DNA of 64,000 bases from Lepidodermella squamata (Eukaryota; Animalia; Gastrotricha): NCBI GenBank assembly GCA_047495785.1, contig JBLDXI010000024.1:4898001-4962000 (forward strand), given 5' to 3'. The notes under the pieces were generated by a model. That model saw only the letters and a program-made list of their open reading frames with translations, was not told the DNA's origin and did no database searches. Shown in pieces: positions 1 to 12,389 of this stretch (position 1 is the stretch's first letter; the number at the start of each line of letters is the position of its first letter). The position numbers and the translations under genes are program-made.

Positions 1-892
1 CAAAATCGTCGGTCAAATTGTTTCAAACAATTCTTAGACATTTTATTCGAATTTTAAGATTTTTCCTTGCCTTCCTTGTTTTTCAGGCATCTTAACCTAA
101 ACTAACTAAATACCCGGTTATTTTTTATTTCTTGTACCGGTATTCATTGATATATTATATTACTTGATCATTTCTTATATTAATTTTACGTAAAATCACG
201 CAATTTTCTTCGAAAATGATTAATTTGTATTTTTATGTCAAACATTAGCCGTAATATTTTATTTTTTTTCCATCGATTGATTTATACCCGATTTTCTCCG
301 CGCGCTCAGGTGCGCAATTTTTTATATGACCTTCAATATTTAATTCTGCAACTTTCTTACCTTTTTACCTATTTTTTGAAAATTGGTAAATTCTGAATTT
401 TTATAAATTGAGTCGAAAAATCATTTTTCCACATCTTTCCAATCAGCTGATCAGTGCATTACGCTGCGTCTAGACGCGATAAGGCTCATATAAATGACTC
501 ACACTTTAATTAACCTCGTCCATTCGATATTTTCATGTAAAACATGAGTTTCCTCGCCAAAGATTTCCTCGCCATTTTCATGTTCAGCACATGGGAAATT
601 ATTCCATTTTTAAAGGTATTTCTGAAGTGTTCATGGCAACAATTTTTCTACTCGATTTTTCTGCCTATAAAATTAGGGAGCAGTTGTAATCAATTCATTC
701 GATTCCGTCTATCGATTGATACGTGTCTTCGCAAAGAATTATTAATTACGTTGACCTATATATCGATTGTCTATTATTAATTCATTGATCTAGGTCATTT
801 TCAATGAGCACGTGACCTGACCTTGCGGTTTCTTTTTTACAAAGTGCGTCTAGTCATCGCTATGCAGTCAAAATAGCAGAAGCAGAAGCAGC

Positions 893-3800
893 ATGCCGTC
901 GCGCTTCATTGCGCTCGCGCTCGTTGCGGCGAGCGTCGCGACCGGGGCCGTGCGTGGCGGCGTGCGCAAGGCGATCCGCGAACGGGCCGACGCCGTGGCG
1001 CCGTTGCCGCAGCCCAGGACCGCCGCGACGGCCGCCTCGCCGCAGTTCTACGTGCCGCCCGACTACAACGCCCAGCCGGCCGCCTACTACGCCCAGGCAC
1101 CGTACTACTACGACTCGTATGCAAGCAGCGGCAATGGCCTCGTCGGATCGGCTGGCAATACTGCCGGGGTCATTGGGGCGAGTCCGAGCGTGGCACCATT
1201 GTCAACGCGATCGGAGGTAATTTTAGTGTCAAATGAAAGAAAATTATTGATTTCTAAGAAATTCTTGGAACAGTAAGGGCTAAGGTTATGGGGTCTTGGA
1301 CCATTTAATTCCTAATAATAAATTAATTAAATTCCATATTAATTATTTATAAATTTGTTTATTTATGAATGTATTTTTTTCGTTTTTTTCAAATTTATAA
1401 ATTCATTAAAAATTAATTTAATTTATTTCTTTATGATAATTTATGATAATATTTATTTTAAGGTGCTGACCATGCCAGGTGATATTATTTTCGGAGGGCT
1501 GTTTCCAATCCACGAGCAGGACGCGGTGAAGGGATGCGGGCGCATTGATCCGGAACGCGGCATTCAACGCCTCGAAGCTATGCTGTTCACCCTCGATAAA
1601 ATCAACAAAAATTTCACGAATCTACTACCCGGCATTCGGCTCGGCGCCCTAGTTATGGACACGTGCGGGTCGGACTACATCGCGCTCGAGAGGTCGTTGG
1701 AAATTGTTCAAACAGCTGGGGCGACTGATGCGCTATCGGTATCGGCCGGGCAGCGGCGCGACTACTCGACGTGTCTCAGGCAGCAGCAGGCCTCGGCGGA
1801 ACGGGCTGACAAAAATAACAAGCTAGGCCTAGGACTGATGCCGGGGCTAGTCGGAGCGGCTTCAAGTACAGAGTCAATACAAGTGAGTGTCTGAATTATT
1901 GGGACACATTTGGGACTAAGAACACAAAGTCAGGAAATATTTTCAAATTTTCAAAAATTTTCGAAAAAATTTAAAAAAATTTGAATTTTTAGGGATCGAT
2001 AGCTAGATCGTTCGGAATGAAGGCTGAATGCTGAATTTTTGAACCATTTCAATTCTCAACTTTTCCATTTTTTCCGCTGTTTTAGGTGGCATCGTTATTT
2101 CGGCTTTTCAGAATTCCTATGATAAGCTACGCGTCAACATCTGCCGAACTGTCGGACAAGAAGCGTTACGAATTTTTCGCGCGAACCGTGCCGTCAGACG
2201 TGCACCAGTCGCGGGCCGTCATCGACATTCTCGTCGCCTTCGACTGGACCTACGTGTCGGTGATATACAGCGACGGCGATTACGGTTCAAGTTTGTTCGA
2301 GGCCTTCCTCAGGAACGCGTCCAGCGCCGGCATTTGCATAGCCCACGTTGCTAAGCTCAACAAACGCCGCGATATGACCGAGTTTCGCGAGCACGTCCGC
2401 GCCCTCGTCGACAAGGAACGCGCCCGTGTTGTTGTGTTGTTCGTCACGGCGATGGACGTGAGACAATTTTTGAAGGCCGTCGCGCTTGAAATTGCTGCTG
2501 AAGCCTTGCCTTACTTTCAATTCGTCGCCTCAGACGGCTGGGGCACCCAGAAAGCTTTGCTCAGGTATGTGGGAGCTAAATGTTAATTTTCAAAAATCGG
2601 TGAATTTGAAATTTTCACATTTTGATTCGTGAATACTTATTTTGAAAAATTTCAAAATTTCAAAATTTCAAAAAGTAATTAAAACTGAAATTTTTCAACA
2701 ATTATTCACTCGCACAAAATTTTGAAAATTTTGACAATCTTTACAATTAGAATTTTTTATAAAAGTTTCTGAAAATGTATTAATTGAAAAAATCCTAAAA
2801 ATTTAAAAAATCGAAATTTTGTTTTTAAAATTTCTGAATTTTAAGATGTAAATCAGGACATTTTTTTCGACAGAAATAATTATTCTTCCTTTTCACTAGT
2901 GATCCAGATGCGAGTTTGGCATCGGAGGGTGCCATAACCCTGGAAATAAAAACCGCGCCTCTACCTGGTTTCGACGACTATTTCAAACGGCTCATGGCCA
3001 ACCCATCGGCTAACACGCGAAATCCGTGGTTCCGCGAATTTTGCGCGAATAATGCTGCCTTGAGGGCGGGCAAGCCGCCACCGCCCGGCCAGTCGCCCTG
3101 CTGGCTCGATGAGTACCAACAAGACTCGAAGACTATCTTCGTCCACAATGCTGTGTATGCCTTCGCGAAAGCTCTGCGGAATATTCAACAGCGGCACTGT
3201 GGCAAGAAGCATATCGGGTTGTGCGAGCAAATGATTCAAAACCTTCAGGCGACTAATGTCTTCAAAACGATTTTAAGCATCAATTTTACAGGTAATTGAG
3301 ATTTAACAAATCATTTAAAATTGAAATAAATTGAAATTTAAAAATTGAAACTTCAAGGTTTAAAAATTTATTTTCAACATCATTTTAAAAATTCATAATC
3401 TTGAAGTATCCGACCAATTGAAACTCAACATAAATTTCCATCTTTTTCGAAAATTTTAATCAACTTTTTGTGATTAATTGGCTTGATTTTTCAATCATTT
3501 TTAGATCCTATTGGGCGGCATGTGAAATTTGACGAATTTGGCGATGCCGTTGGCCAGTACCACGTTTACAAGTACCGGCGGATAGTTGTGCAAGACGGCG
3601 AGGCCGGCAGTACGTACGGCGCGTACCGGTACCAGTACGACCGAGTCGGCGAGTGGGCAAACTCGCGGCTCGCCATTCCACGCTCAATGCGCCTTGTTGT
3701 GCCTTATATCAACAATACAAAGGTAAAAATTCGGAATGCTCATAATATCTGCAAAACTTAACTTGGGCTTGAGAATTAGGAAGGAAATTAGGAAAATAGG

Positions 3801-6800
3801 GACGGGAAAAGGTATACATAAATAATTTTGAACCACTAATAATAAGGTTCCGGCGCAACAATTCAGCACTTAATTTTTCCGTCAATGATCGATACTGATC
3901 AATTCCTGAACTTGGGATTTTTTATTTTAGCCTTATGAAAAATTATTTATTTTGGATTCCAAGCCGGCTGATATCGGAAAAATCACTGATTTGTAAAATC
4001 GATACTTGGAATCAATATCGGCTCTGTAGGCTGAAGTTCGACTCTTAAAATGGTCGCTCATATCGCAAAATGCGCGTAATAGTAAGACCTATCGGCTAGG
4101 CATGATACCAAAAAACTGAGGTTATTGGGAAGACCTGAAACTAGACCAACCATATAACGAGAAAATCCAGTGCTGGGACCTAAAATTTAGGGGTTCCACT
4201 GTCGACACATTTGATTGAGAATAGGATTAGGAATTGAGATTAGGATTAGTTTCTACTGCTGTTAGAATATCCGTATTCATTGGAATTCGTTCGAATTATG
4301 TTTTTATTTCATTTTTAGGTTCGCTCAAAATGCAGTGACCCGTGTCGCATAGGTGAAGCGATGCGCGTCCTCGTGAAAGGCTGCTGTTGGGAGTGCGTCG
4401 CGTGTGCGCCGCACCAGTACGTCGGCGCCAACGCCTCGGCGTGCGTCGAGTGCGACGCCGGCTACTGGCCGGACCCGGACACGCACTCGTTCTGCTTGAA
4501 GCTCGACGAAAAGCACCTCGACATGGCGTCGTGGTACGTCATCGTCTCCGGTGCTATCGCCTTCGCCGGCATGCTCATCACCGTACTTGCTACCATTGTC
4601 TACGTCAAATTTGTCGATACGCCTCTAGTCAAGGTAAAAAAATGATATAAATGATTAAATCTCTCTATAGGCCTTAACTTTATTTTGCTTTTTAATCAAT
4701 ATTTATGCTGACCTTTTCTTTTATGAATGTTTAAAAATTCCTATTCCTAATAGTCCTAATTCACCATTGCTATCAATCCCGAATCTCTTCATTTTTGTTT
4801 TGATTCCTTATCTTGTTCCTGTTCCTATTTCCTATTTTTCCGAATTTTGCGAATAAAATCCTATACGAAGTAATTCGAATTTATCCAATCGAACTGATGG
4901 ATGCCAAGTCTCAAAGCCTCTACTTATAATTCTCATTCCTTTCATTTGCCCGGCCTGATCCTATTCTTCCTATTAAACTTCCAATACGACGCAAATTTCC
5001 CATTCCTTTTCCTATAGTCCAATATTCCAATGCGATTATCAAACCATTTCCGACCTATTCCAAGTCAACTTTTAATCTAAACCTATTTCAATAATCCTAT
5101 TCCTATTCGATATCGGCTACCATTCTGATTTATCTCTATTATCCTTAAACAAATGTCTATAAAATTACCTAAAATCTAAAATTCTTTTTATTTTATAATA
5201 TTTCCGTTCCTTTTAAAGTTCGCTTCTTCTCTTATTCCTTATTTCCTATTCCCATTTCCTAATTCCTAATTATCTTTTGTCCTTATCTTAATTCGAATTT
5301 TCAAATTTCAAAAAATATTTTAGGTATTTTCATTTGTCTTCTCACTTTCCTATTCTCAGCTGCGATCTTCCTAAATCTATTTTTTTTATCATATTTCCTC
5401 ATTTTTAATAAATTATTTGAAACAGCAGAATATTTATTGTACATTTTTTTGTATGCAGGCTTCTTCGGTTGAACTGTCCTTCATCATACTGGGCGGGTGT
5501 TTCGTCACATTCCTAACCACGTTCCTATACCTGTTATGGCCTTCAATTCCGATCTGCGTCGTGCGGCGGCTTTCATTCGGCCTTGGCATTGCTTCAATTT
5601 ACTCGGCCATAGCCGTTAAAATCAATCGAATCTACAGAATTTTCGACGCTGCTTCAAAGTCATCACAACAACCAGCAATGATATCACGTAAACATTTTTT
5701 TAATAATTTTTTGAATTAATTGAAAAATCGAAATTTCTGATGGGTCTTATAGAAAATCGTGCCGCTGTTCGATTTGCGTTTGAATTACAAAAAAAGGAGA
5801 AATGTTAATTATTATTGAAAAATGTTCCCAATCATCTATGAAACAGCAATTTCTCACTTATTTCTGGGACATTTTCGCAACATTTTCTCACTTTTCTTCT
5901 TCTATTATTCAACCTCATTCTGCAATTTTTTCGCATTTTTTCCGCAAAATTTATAGAAGATGATAATCGTAAAGTGGATGAGTCATCGTTAGGCGAAGAG
6001 CGTCGAAAAAAGGCTAAGTCGGGCGGCGAAAATGCTTCAGACTCGGCGGTGTTGAGTAACAGCCGCCGCCTCGTGAAGCTGCTGTCAGTGGGCACGGAGC
6101 GGTTGATAGAACGCCATCGCCAAGTCAGATTTCTTGAACCTGTCAAACGGCCTGTAGTTAGACTGCTGGGCATGTTTACAGCAGCTTTTTTTCACTCGTC
6201 TTTTGATATTATTTATTTTTGTTGTAAAAATAACGTGAGGTTATAAAATAATGGAGCCGTTGAGTGACTGCGTTATAAGCTTATCATCACCGCACGCTTT
6301 ATACACTCACGTTATAAACAAAAAATTATCCAGAGTAAAAAATTTGTGCGCAAAAAATGTCCTGTCTTGGAATTATTGTGCGCGAGTGATAAAAAATGAA
6401 GGAAAATTTATAGGCTAAATTAGCTTTATTGAATTTGAATAAAATTTATTTGAGCGAAAAGTTGATATTGAAATTCAACACTTGCTATATAGTACTCTAA
6501 TATAATTTTGAGAGGTTGAAAAACAATTTTTGATTCCGAAGACAAAGTTGTATTTTAGATGATTCCCGTGATATCTGCAATTTGGCGTAATTTTTATACG
6601 TATTTTACATGGGTTCGGGCGATTTTAAACGTTTTCGCATACATTTGAACAATTATAAGATAGTTTGTGGGACGCTCATTTGCATAAATGGTACATATAT
6701 TGAGAGTTTCAGCTTTTATACATCGGAGTTTATTTCGAAAAATAACTATGAATAAATGGCGCACATTTTCGCACAGTCGAAAGGCAAATTACCCGATTTT

Positions 6801-9593
6801 CACCTGAATTAACGGAAATGTCCTGCAAAAGCCAGCCGGAATTGTGAAGGAATTTTTTATTTCGAGAATGAAAAATGACAATAAAAGGGATGAGGAACTC
6901 TAAAATAAGAAGCCACAGGAAAATCTTAAAAAATTCAAAAAGCCATTAGAATTGAAATCAAACGTGTCGCACTTGTTACTATCCTGGAATGTCAGTTTTA
7001 GACAAGATTTAATTTAATTTCTCAAAAAAGTTCCATAATTAAACAATGGTTGCACAATTTATGGGATACGCTGCAGTGGGTGAAAATAGTTTTATTTTTC
7101 TCGAAATTTGCCTGAAAAAATCACACTTCTTGATCAAACTTTTTTCCAATCTCTTCTTACTAAGAAAAATCGGTCAAATATGTCTCTATCGTACCTTCGA
7201 TAAATCACTCTTTAAACTAATTAATCAATTAACTAATTAATTTAATAAAAATTCATTCGCACATTTTTTGCACTTGCTGCTGCTGAGTAAAATTTATTCT
7301 CGAAATTTCAATTTTTAAAAATTAATTTTTTTCTAATATTTTTTTTCAACAGCCGAGAGTCAGTTAATGCTAGTCGCGTGCTTCGTCGGCGTTCAACTCA
7401 CCCTCAGCGTCGTCTCACTGCTCTTCGACCCGCCCGACGTCTCCGACTTCAACCCGTCCGGCGACCGCCGCACCTGGTACAAGGTGTGCACAATCACCGC
7501 CCGCTCATACGCCCTACTCATGGCGCTCACCGTCGGCCTCATCATCGGCGCCACGTACTACGCCATCCGCACGCGCAACTGCCCGGAGCCGTACCGAGAG
7601 GCGCGCGTCGTCGGCTTCTCCGTCTACACAACGTGCATCATATGGCTGGCGTTCGTGCCGCTCTTCTTCACAACTTCAAGCTCAGTTGAACTGCAAACCA
7701 CGGTCATATGCATATCGCTATCGCTGTGCGGCTGGGTCGTACTCGTGTGCCTGTTCTCGCGACGCATCTACATCATCGTATTCAGACCGGCGAAAAACGT
7801 TAAACCCGGCAAATTCACGCTATCGGCCGCTGTGTCGAAAAACGCGTCCATCGTCACGAAATTAGCACTTTCAAAGTCTGAAATCGAAAGTAAAGAAATG
7901 GCGCATCTGCACCAGAGTCGAATGTCCGTAACTGGGACATCGGTTATCAGCCGCACAATGGGCGCGACGCTGCAACCCGAGGAGGAGAATAGCACTGTGC
8001 CTAACGTCGCCTCAGCCCTCGCCCTAGCTGCTGAGCCCGCCCTTATTGTAGTGACCCCGTGCGGTCACCCAGGGCGCCCCGCAGGGGTGCCGGAGGTGTC
8101 GGAGGAGGCGGAGAATCGGCCGACGCCGACGAATGAACGGCGAACGCAACAACAATCGCCGGTGTCCGAAACTGGGTCGAATAACACGGTCACGCGTGGT
8201 GAACGCGATTCAATCGAAAGTTCAGAAATTTTAGGTGAGTAAAAACGCAAAAATTACGCATTAAAAAATTGCTTTTTTCGTTTTGAAAGATTCGCTGAGA
8301 TGAATCACCCCGCTTCGAGTAATTAAACCCCACCTAACTAATTTTTTCATAATTTAAAATGAAATTATTTTCAGGTGGATTATTGCGATTGGCGAATAGT
8401 GAGGATGCGTCCTATTCAACATTGAGTAAATAATAAAACACCCCGAAATTATTTTTAATTTCAAAAATTTCAGTGATAAAATTTTGAATTTCACAGAAGA
8501 AAAAATTGCTGCAAAATTAGGTAAATAATAGAAAAACCCTCGTGACCCCTGTGACCCCTCGTGACCTTGTTATAATTTTGGTTGAATTTTTTTCATGTAA
8601 TTTTAGAGGATGAGACGTCATCGAGAGGCGATGATACTACAACTTCGATCACGTCGAGTAAATTAAACCCCGATTTTGTTCGCTTGAACCCCTTTAATTT
8701 TATATTTCCTCGCTTGATTGATTTCTAAGGCGAGATGGAGTCGTCCATTGAAGACGGAGCAATGAGTATCTCCTCGAGTAAAACCCGCATTTAAAAAAAA
8801 AGCTAAAATTTTTCGTTCTTTCAATTTTATCAAAATGTATAAAATATTTGCTTGGCTTCAAATAATTTCAATATTATTTTGAAAAAGTTATAAAAAGCTA
8901 TTGTTAAAGCTTTACATTTTTGTAATTATTTTATGTATTTTTTTACATTTTTGTTTAATATTTTTAAATATATTTTTTGTTATTTTTTCAGATGAAATTA
9001 GGTCTTCATCTTCCTATTCGAAATTATGCCGCGAAGTGGATCAGGACGATTCGAACGCTTACGTCAATTTAACGCCTTTAATGGCTGCTAAAATGCGCAA
9101 TAACACCGGCTATCAGGGTCACCACCACCACCACCGCTCGCTAATTATCCCGAACGCCAGCGCGTTGGTGCCACCTCCGGTGCCACAGCGCCCTGTCGGT
9201 GGTCGGAGCGCGTCATCAGTCGCGCCTATCGCTTCAATTTCATCACTTGGCGCGACTTCATCGACGATACCTATGATAGACAGGTCACCCGGCGTGTCGT
9301 CAGCCGCGTCTAACAACATTTTCTACGACGCAAGTGTAGTCGATGGCAGTTCATCGACGTTGACGAGGCGGAGGGTGACCCCGCTCGGCAGTGTGACGAG
9401 TGATGGGGTCGATGCGACCGTGGTGACCGGGAATGCTGGCCCATTCACGGCGCGGTCTTCGTGTACGACGAACGCGAACAACAGCATGAGCAGCCAGGAC
9501 GACATCGCGTCGATTCTCGACCGCCACGAGCAGTTGACGACGGTGTACACTGACGTTATAGCGATATGCAACGGAGCTGTTGTCAATTTATGA
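893..9593 (+). CDS. mGluR: Metabotropic glutamate receptor (class C GPCR, group II-like), ~1336 aa. Exons 893-1216, 1463-1882, 2086-2564, 2900-3291, 3505-3722, 4319-4633, 5459-5687, 7353-8234, 8375-8425, 8607-8657, 8730-8777, 8992-9593
   Basis: GDIIFGGLFPIH, ERGIQRLEAMLF, ISYASTSAELSD..RYEFFARTVPSD, SDGWG, QQDSK (glutamate-pocket R/S/T/D/Y/D/K all present), NCD3G Cys-rich domain (CCWECVAC), 7TM (GFSVYTTCIIWLAF). All GT-AG junctions are phase-compatible and total length is divisible by 3. The C-tail microexons are less certain. Confidence 0.93.
3958..4195. repeat. Interspersed repeat, copy 1 (mGluR intron); related copy at ~40960-41205
   Basis: ggctgatatcggaaaaatcactgatttg...tgcaaaatgcgcgtaat is shared with the calponin intron; boundaries approximate. 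Confidence 0.7.
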
Positions 9594-9954
9594 CGCGAGA
9601 TATGAGCGAATGGATTTTCACCGCTGTATACACTGACAGTCGTGCTTCTTTGATATGAAAATAATAAAGGCAATAATAATAATGTTATTATTATGTTGCA
9701 TTTGACATGAATTTTTCTTATGCGCCGCGTGAGTTCATCAGCGATGATAATTGTGCCACTTATCTATTATTACGTGTTTGTTTTGCATTTTCGTCCCGGA
9801 ATAAAAGGTTGAAGTTTTCGGTCGTTCCGATTTTTTTATCCGCGCCGCTGTTCAGTGCGTTGAAATTGAGGTTAAATTTACACAAGGAGTTGTCGAACTA
9901 TTTGTTTTAATGGCCTCAGAAGCCTACTGAAACTAACAAAAATACAAAAGCGGA

Positions 9955-10027
9955 CGACGCTGATGGGACTCGAACCCACAATCTTCGGATCCGAAGTCCG
10001 ACGCGATAGCCATTTCGCCACAGCGCC
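9955..10027 (-). tRNA. tRNA-Arg(TCG)
   Basis: Cloverleaf, anticodon arm tcgga-CT TCG GA-tccga. Confidence 0.9.
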
Positions 10028-10129
10028 TGTCACATGAAGTATAGCCTATACAAGATTTGAGGTTTATTGCATGCTCGAAGCTGAACCCGCGCTGGTTCAT
10101 CTGAATCAAATTGAATATTCAGTCAGACG

Positions 10130-10213
10130 GTCAGGATGGCCGAGCGGTCTAAGGCGCCAGACTCAAGATCTGGTCCTCGAAAGAGGGCGTGGGTTCGAAC
10201 CCCACTTCTGACA
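10130..10213 (+). tRNA. tRNA-Leu(CAA), intronless
   Basis: gtcaggatggccgagcgg..., ccaga-CT CAA GA-tctgg, long variable arm. Confidence 0.92.
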
Positions 10214-10303
10214 CTATTTTTCGCATGCTTAGACTTATTTCCGATTCATATCATCAGTATTATGGCTGTTACTTCTCAACATTTACGCGAAAAAAGTGCC
10301 AAC

Positions 10304-10375
10304 TGGAGGCATCGGGGATTGAACCCGAGACCTTCACAATGCGAATGAGACGCTCTACCACTGAGCTATGCCCCC
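10304..10375 (-). tRNA. tRNA-Ala(CGC)
   Basis: G3:U70 pair, anticodon CGC; one U-U mismatch in the anticodon stem. Confidence 0.85.
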
Positions 10376-10562
10376 TAGGCTAGTGAAAGAAAAGGTTTGA
10401 ATGGTAACAAATATTATGATCGCAAGTTGAGTAATGAAGGAGCACAGTCGTCGCTGCAATAAATTGTTATGCCCCCTAGGCTAGTGAAAGAAAAGGTTCG
10501 AATGTTTCGAAAAGTTTCCATCAGTTGAGAGTGAGCTGAAAGTTTGTTTCAAAAACTGATCA

Positions 10563-10634
10563 AGGTCCCATCGAGAATCGAACTCGAGTCGCTGGATTCA
10601 GAGTCCAGAGTGCTAACCGCTACACCATGGGACC
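10563..10634 (-). tRNA. tRNA-Gln(CTG)
   Basis: ggtcccatggtgtagcggttagcac, ctgga-CT CTG AA-tccag. Confidence 0.92.
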
Positions 10635-10721
10635 TCTCGAACGCTGCTTTTGGAAAGGAAAGCTTTCATCTCGTCACTAGCAATGCGTTTGCTGCTCTCA
10701 AACGTGTGAGCTAAAAACGTG

Positions 10722-10793
10722 TGCGTCAGCCGGGAGTCGAACCCGGATCGGCTGCTTGGAAGGCAACCATGCTGACCGTTACACCACTGACGC
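10722..10793 (-). tRNA. tRNA-Gly(TCC)
   Basis: gcgtcagtggtgtaacgg, anticodon TCC. Confidence 0.92.
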
Positions 10794-10867
10794 CTGATGA
10801 ATGCGGGGACTGTATTATGGAGACTAATTGCAGAACTGACTTTCAGTCGTTATATTGCAAAAACTGT

Positions 10868-10949
10868 CGTCGCCAGTAGGATTTGAACCTACGCGCGGAG
10901 ACCGCATCTGATTTCTAGTCAGACCCCTTAACCACTCGGGCATAGCGAC
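10868..10949 (-). tRNA. tRNA-Ser(AGA)
   Basis: tctga-CT AGA AA-tcaga, long variable arm, 82 nt. Confidence 0.92.
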
Positions 10950-11876
10950 TTGAGTGCTCATTCAGCAGTTTCAATAACGATACACCCTGATCGACGTTAC
11001 TGGCTAGTTTTATATTGTGGCAATAGGTCATAAACAAGCCTCAGGTTCCGATAAACAGCAATTGGACTATCAGTTTTAAGACAAACCATTACGAGCTTCA
11101 TCAGCACAATTATCTCAATCGGCAATTATCTCTCGTTATGTCTACGTTATGTCTGCATTCCACTGCATGCTGCACCGCGTCGAAAAAGCTGTCAAGCGGT
11201 GCGAAGGCATGACCGTCTCGGCTAATGATATACCGCGCCACACTGTCATGATACACGTTTCACTGACGTTATCGCTGTCAAGAAGATGGTTGGTGGCGTG
11301 TTAAAAAATGTTGACTTTTGATGCTGCATTCTTTGCTTGGCTTTTTCGTTTTCTTTCAACGGATTAATTTGATTTTCCTTTCGATTGTCTATTAGATTTG
11401 CCTCGAATCACTCCTTGGTACGCCTGCTCGGCTGTTTTCAGGTCGGTCGAGTGGGAAGTTAGGCGCCGCGCATGATCAAAATTTGACAGAGGGATTTGCT
11501 ACAACAGACTCGAAATTGAACTTATTTCAGTTATTAAGTTGTATGAGAATTGCTGGCGCTTTTATCTATGGCTTTCGACTGGTGAATGCGGGGACTGTTC
11601 CGGAGGCTGTCTGCAGAATATTAGAATTTCAAATTAAATTCAGGATATCAAATTGCTGACACTCATTATGAACTTTGACATGCTATAATAGCGTTATTGT
11701 AGCAGGTTTCTCTCTCCTAAGTTTTATTCGAACTAAACCTGCATTGTGTACCGACCGGAGTTCAGTAAATCCGAATGATAAAAAATGTTAGGAGGAAGCA
11801 TTGGTCGAAATTACAGTTATTTAATACGCAAAGTCTGTCGTCATCTTTCCTGTCAATATGTCCAACGTTCTCCCGT

Positions 11877-12389
11877 TCATGCACGAAGCAGTCTGAGGAG
11901 AACCGGAGCCGATGCTGCCAAGATAAGGGCAGGCAGCGCAATGTCGACAGGCGACGCCTTGTTGCAGTTCGCGCCCTGGCAGCAGTATACGTCCACGCAG
12001 TTGTTACCTCCGTCGCAAGTTTTTCCAGAGGTGCAAGTGTTCGCGCATCCTTTCGCAATTTGCTGTGAATATCTAAAAGAATTGGCTTGACTCGAGTTGT
12101 AGGTGGTTATCGATTTCTGTGGCATATAATCCGGATTAGCACATTTTAGTTGATGCTTATTTCAACAGTAACAAACCTGGCAATATCCCGTCGTATAAGT
12201 GCATGAATAATATACATCTACTACAGTGGTGTTGGTGTAAGTTGTGCTGGTTCCATAAATGCAGGTAGTCGTTGATTGGGCATCTATTTAATAATAGGTA
12301 AAATTCAATAAAATTCAGGTATTTCAATCGATTTGCCAACCTGTCGCAGCAATAAGAGCGAAAGCAAGCGTGAGAAGTAATGCGTTCAT
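11877..12389 (-). CDS. GPI-anchored Ly6/uPAR (three-finger) protein, copy 1, 131 aa. Exons 12389-12341, 12283-12177, 12116-11877
   Basis: Signal peptide MNALLLTLAFALIAAT, 10 Cys ending in CCQGANCN, hydrophobic C-terminal GPI-type signal; in-frame GT-AG introns of 57 and 60 bp. Confidence 0.82.

Larger units (their letters stand above)
9872..11028 (-). repeat. Inverted orphan fragment of the 3.37-kb tRNA repeat unit (Arg-TCG to Ser-AGA)
   Basis: tRNAs and spacers are near-identical to the reverse complement of the array; local duplication of tatgccccctaggctagtgaaagaaaaggtt at ~10367 and ~10468. Confidence 0.92.
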
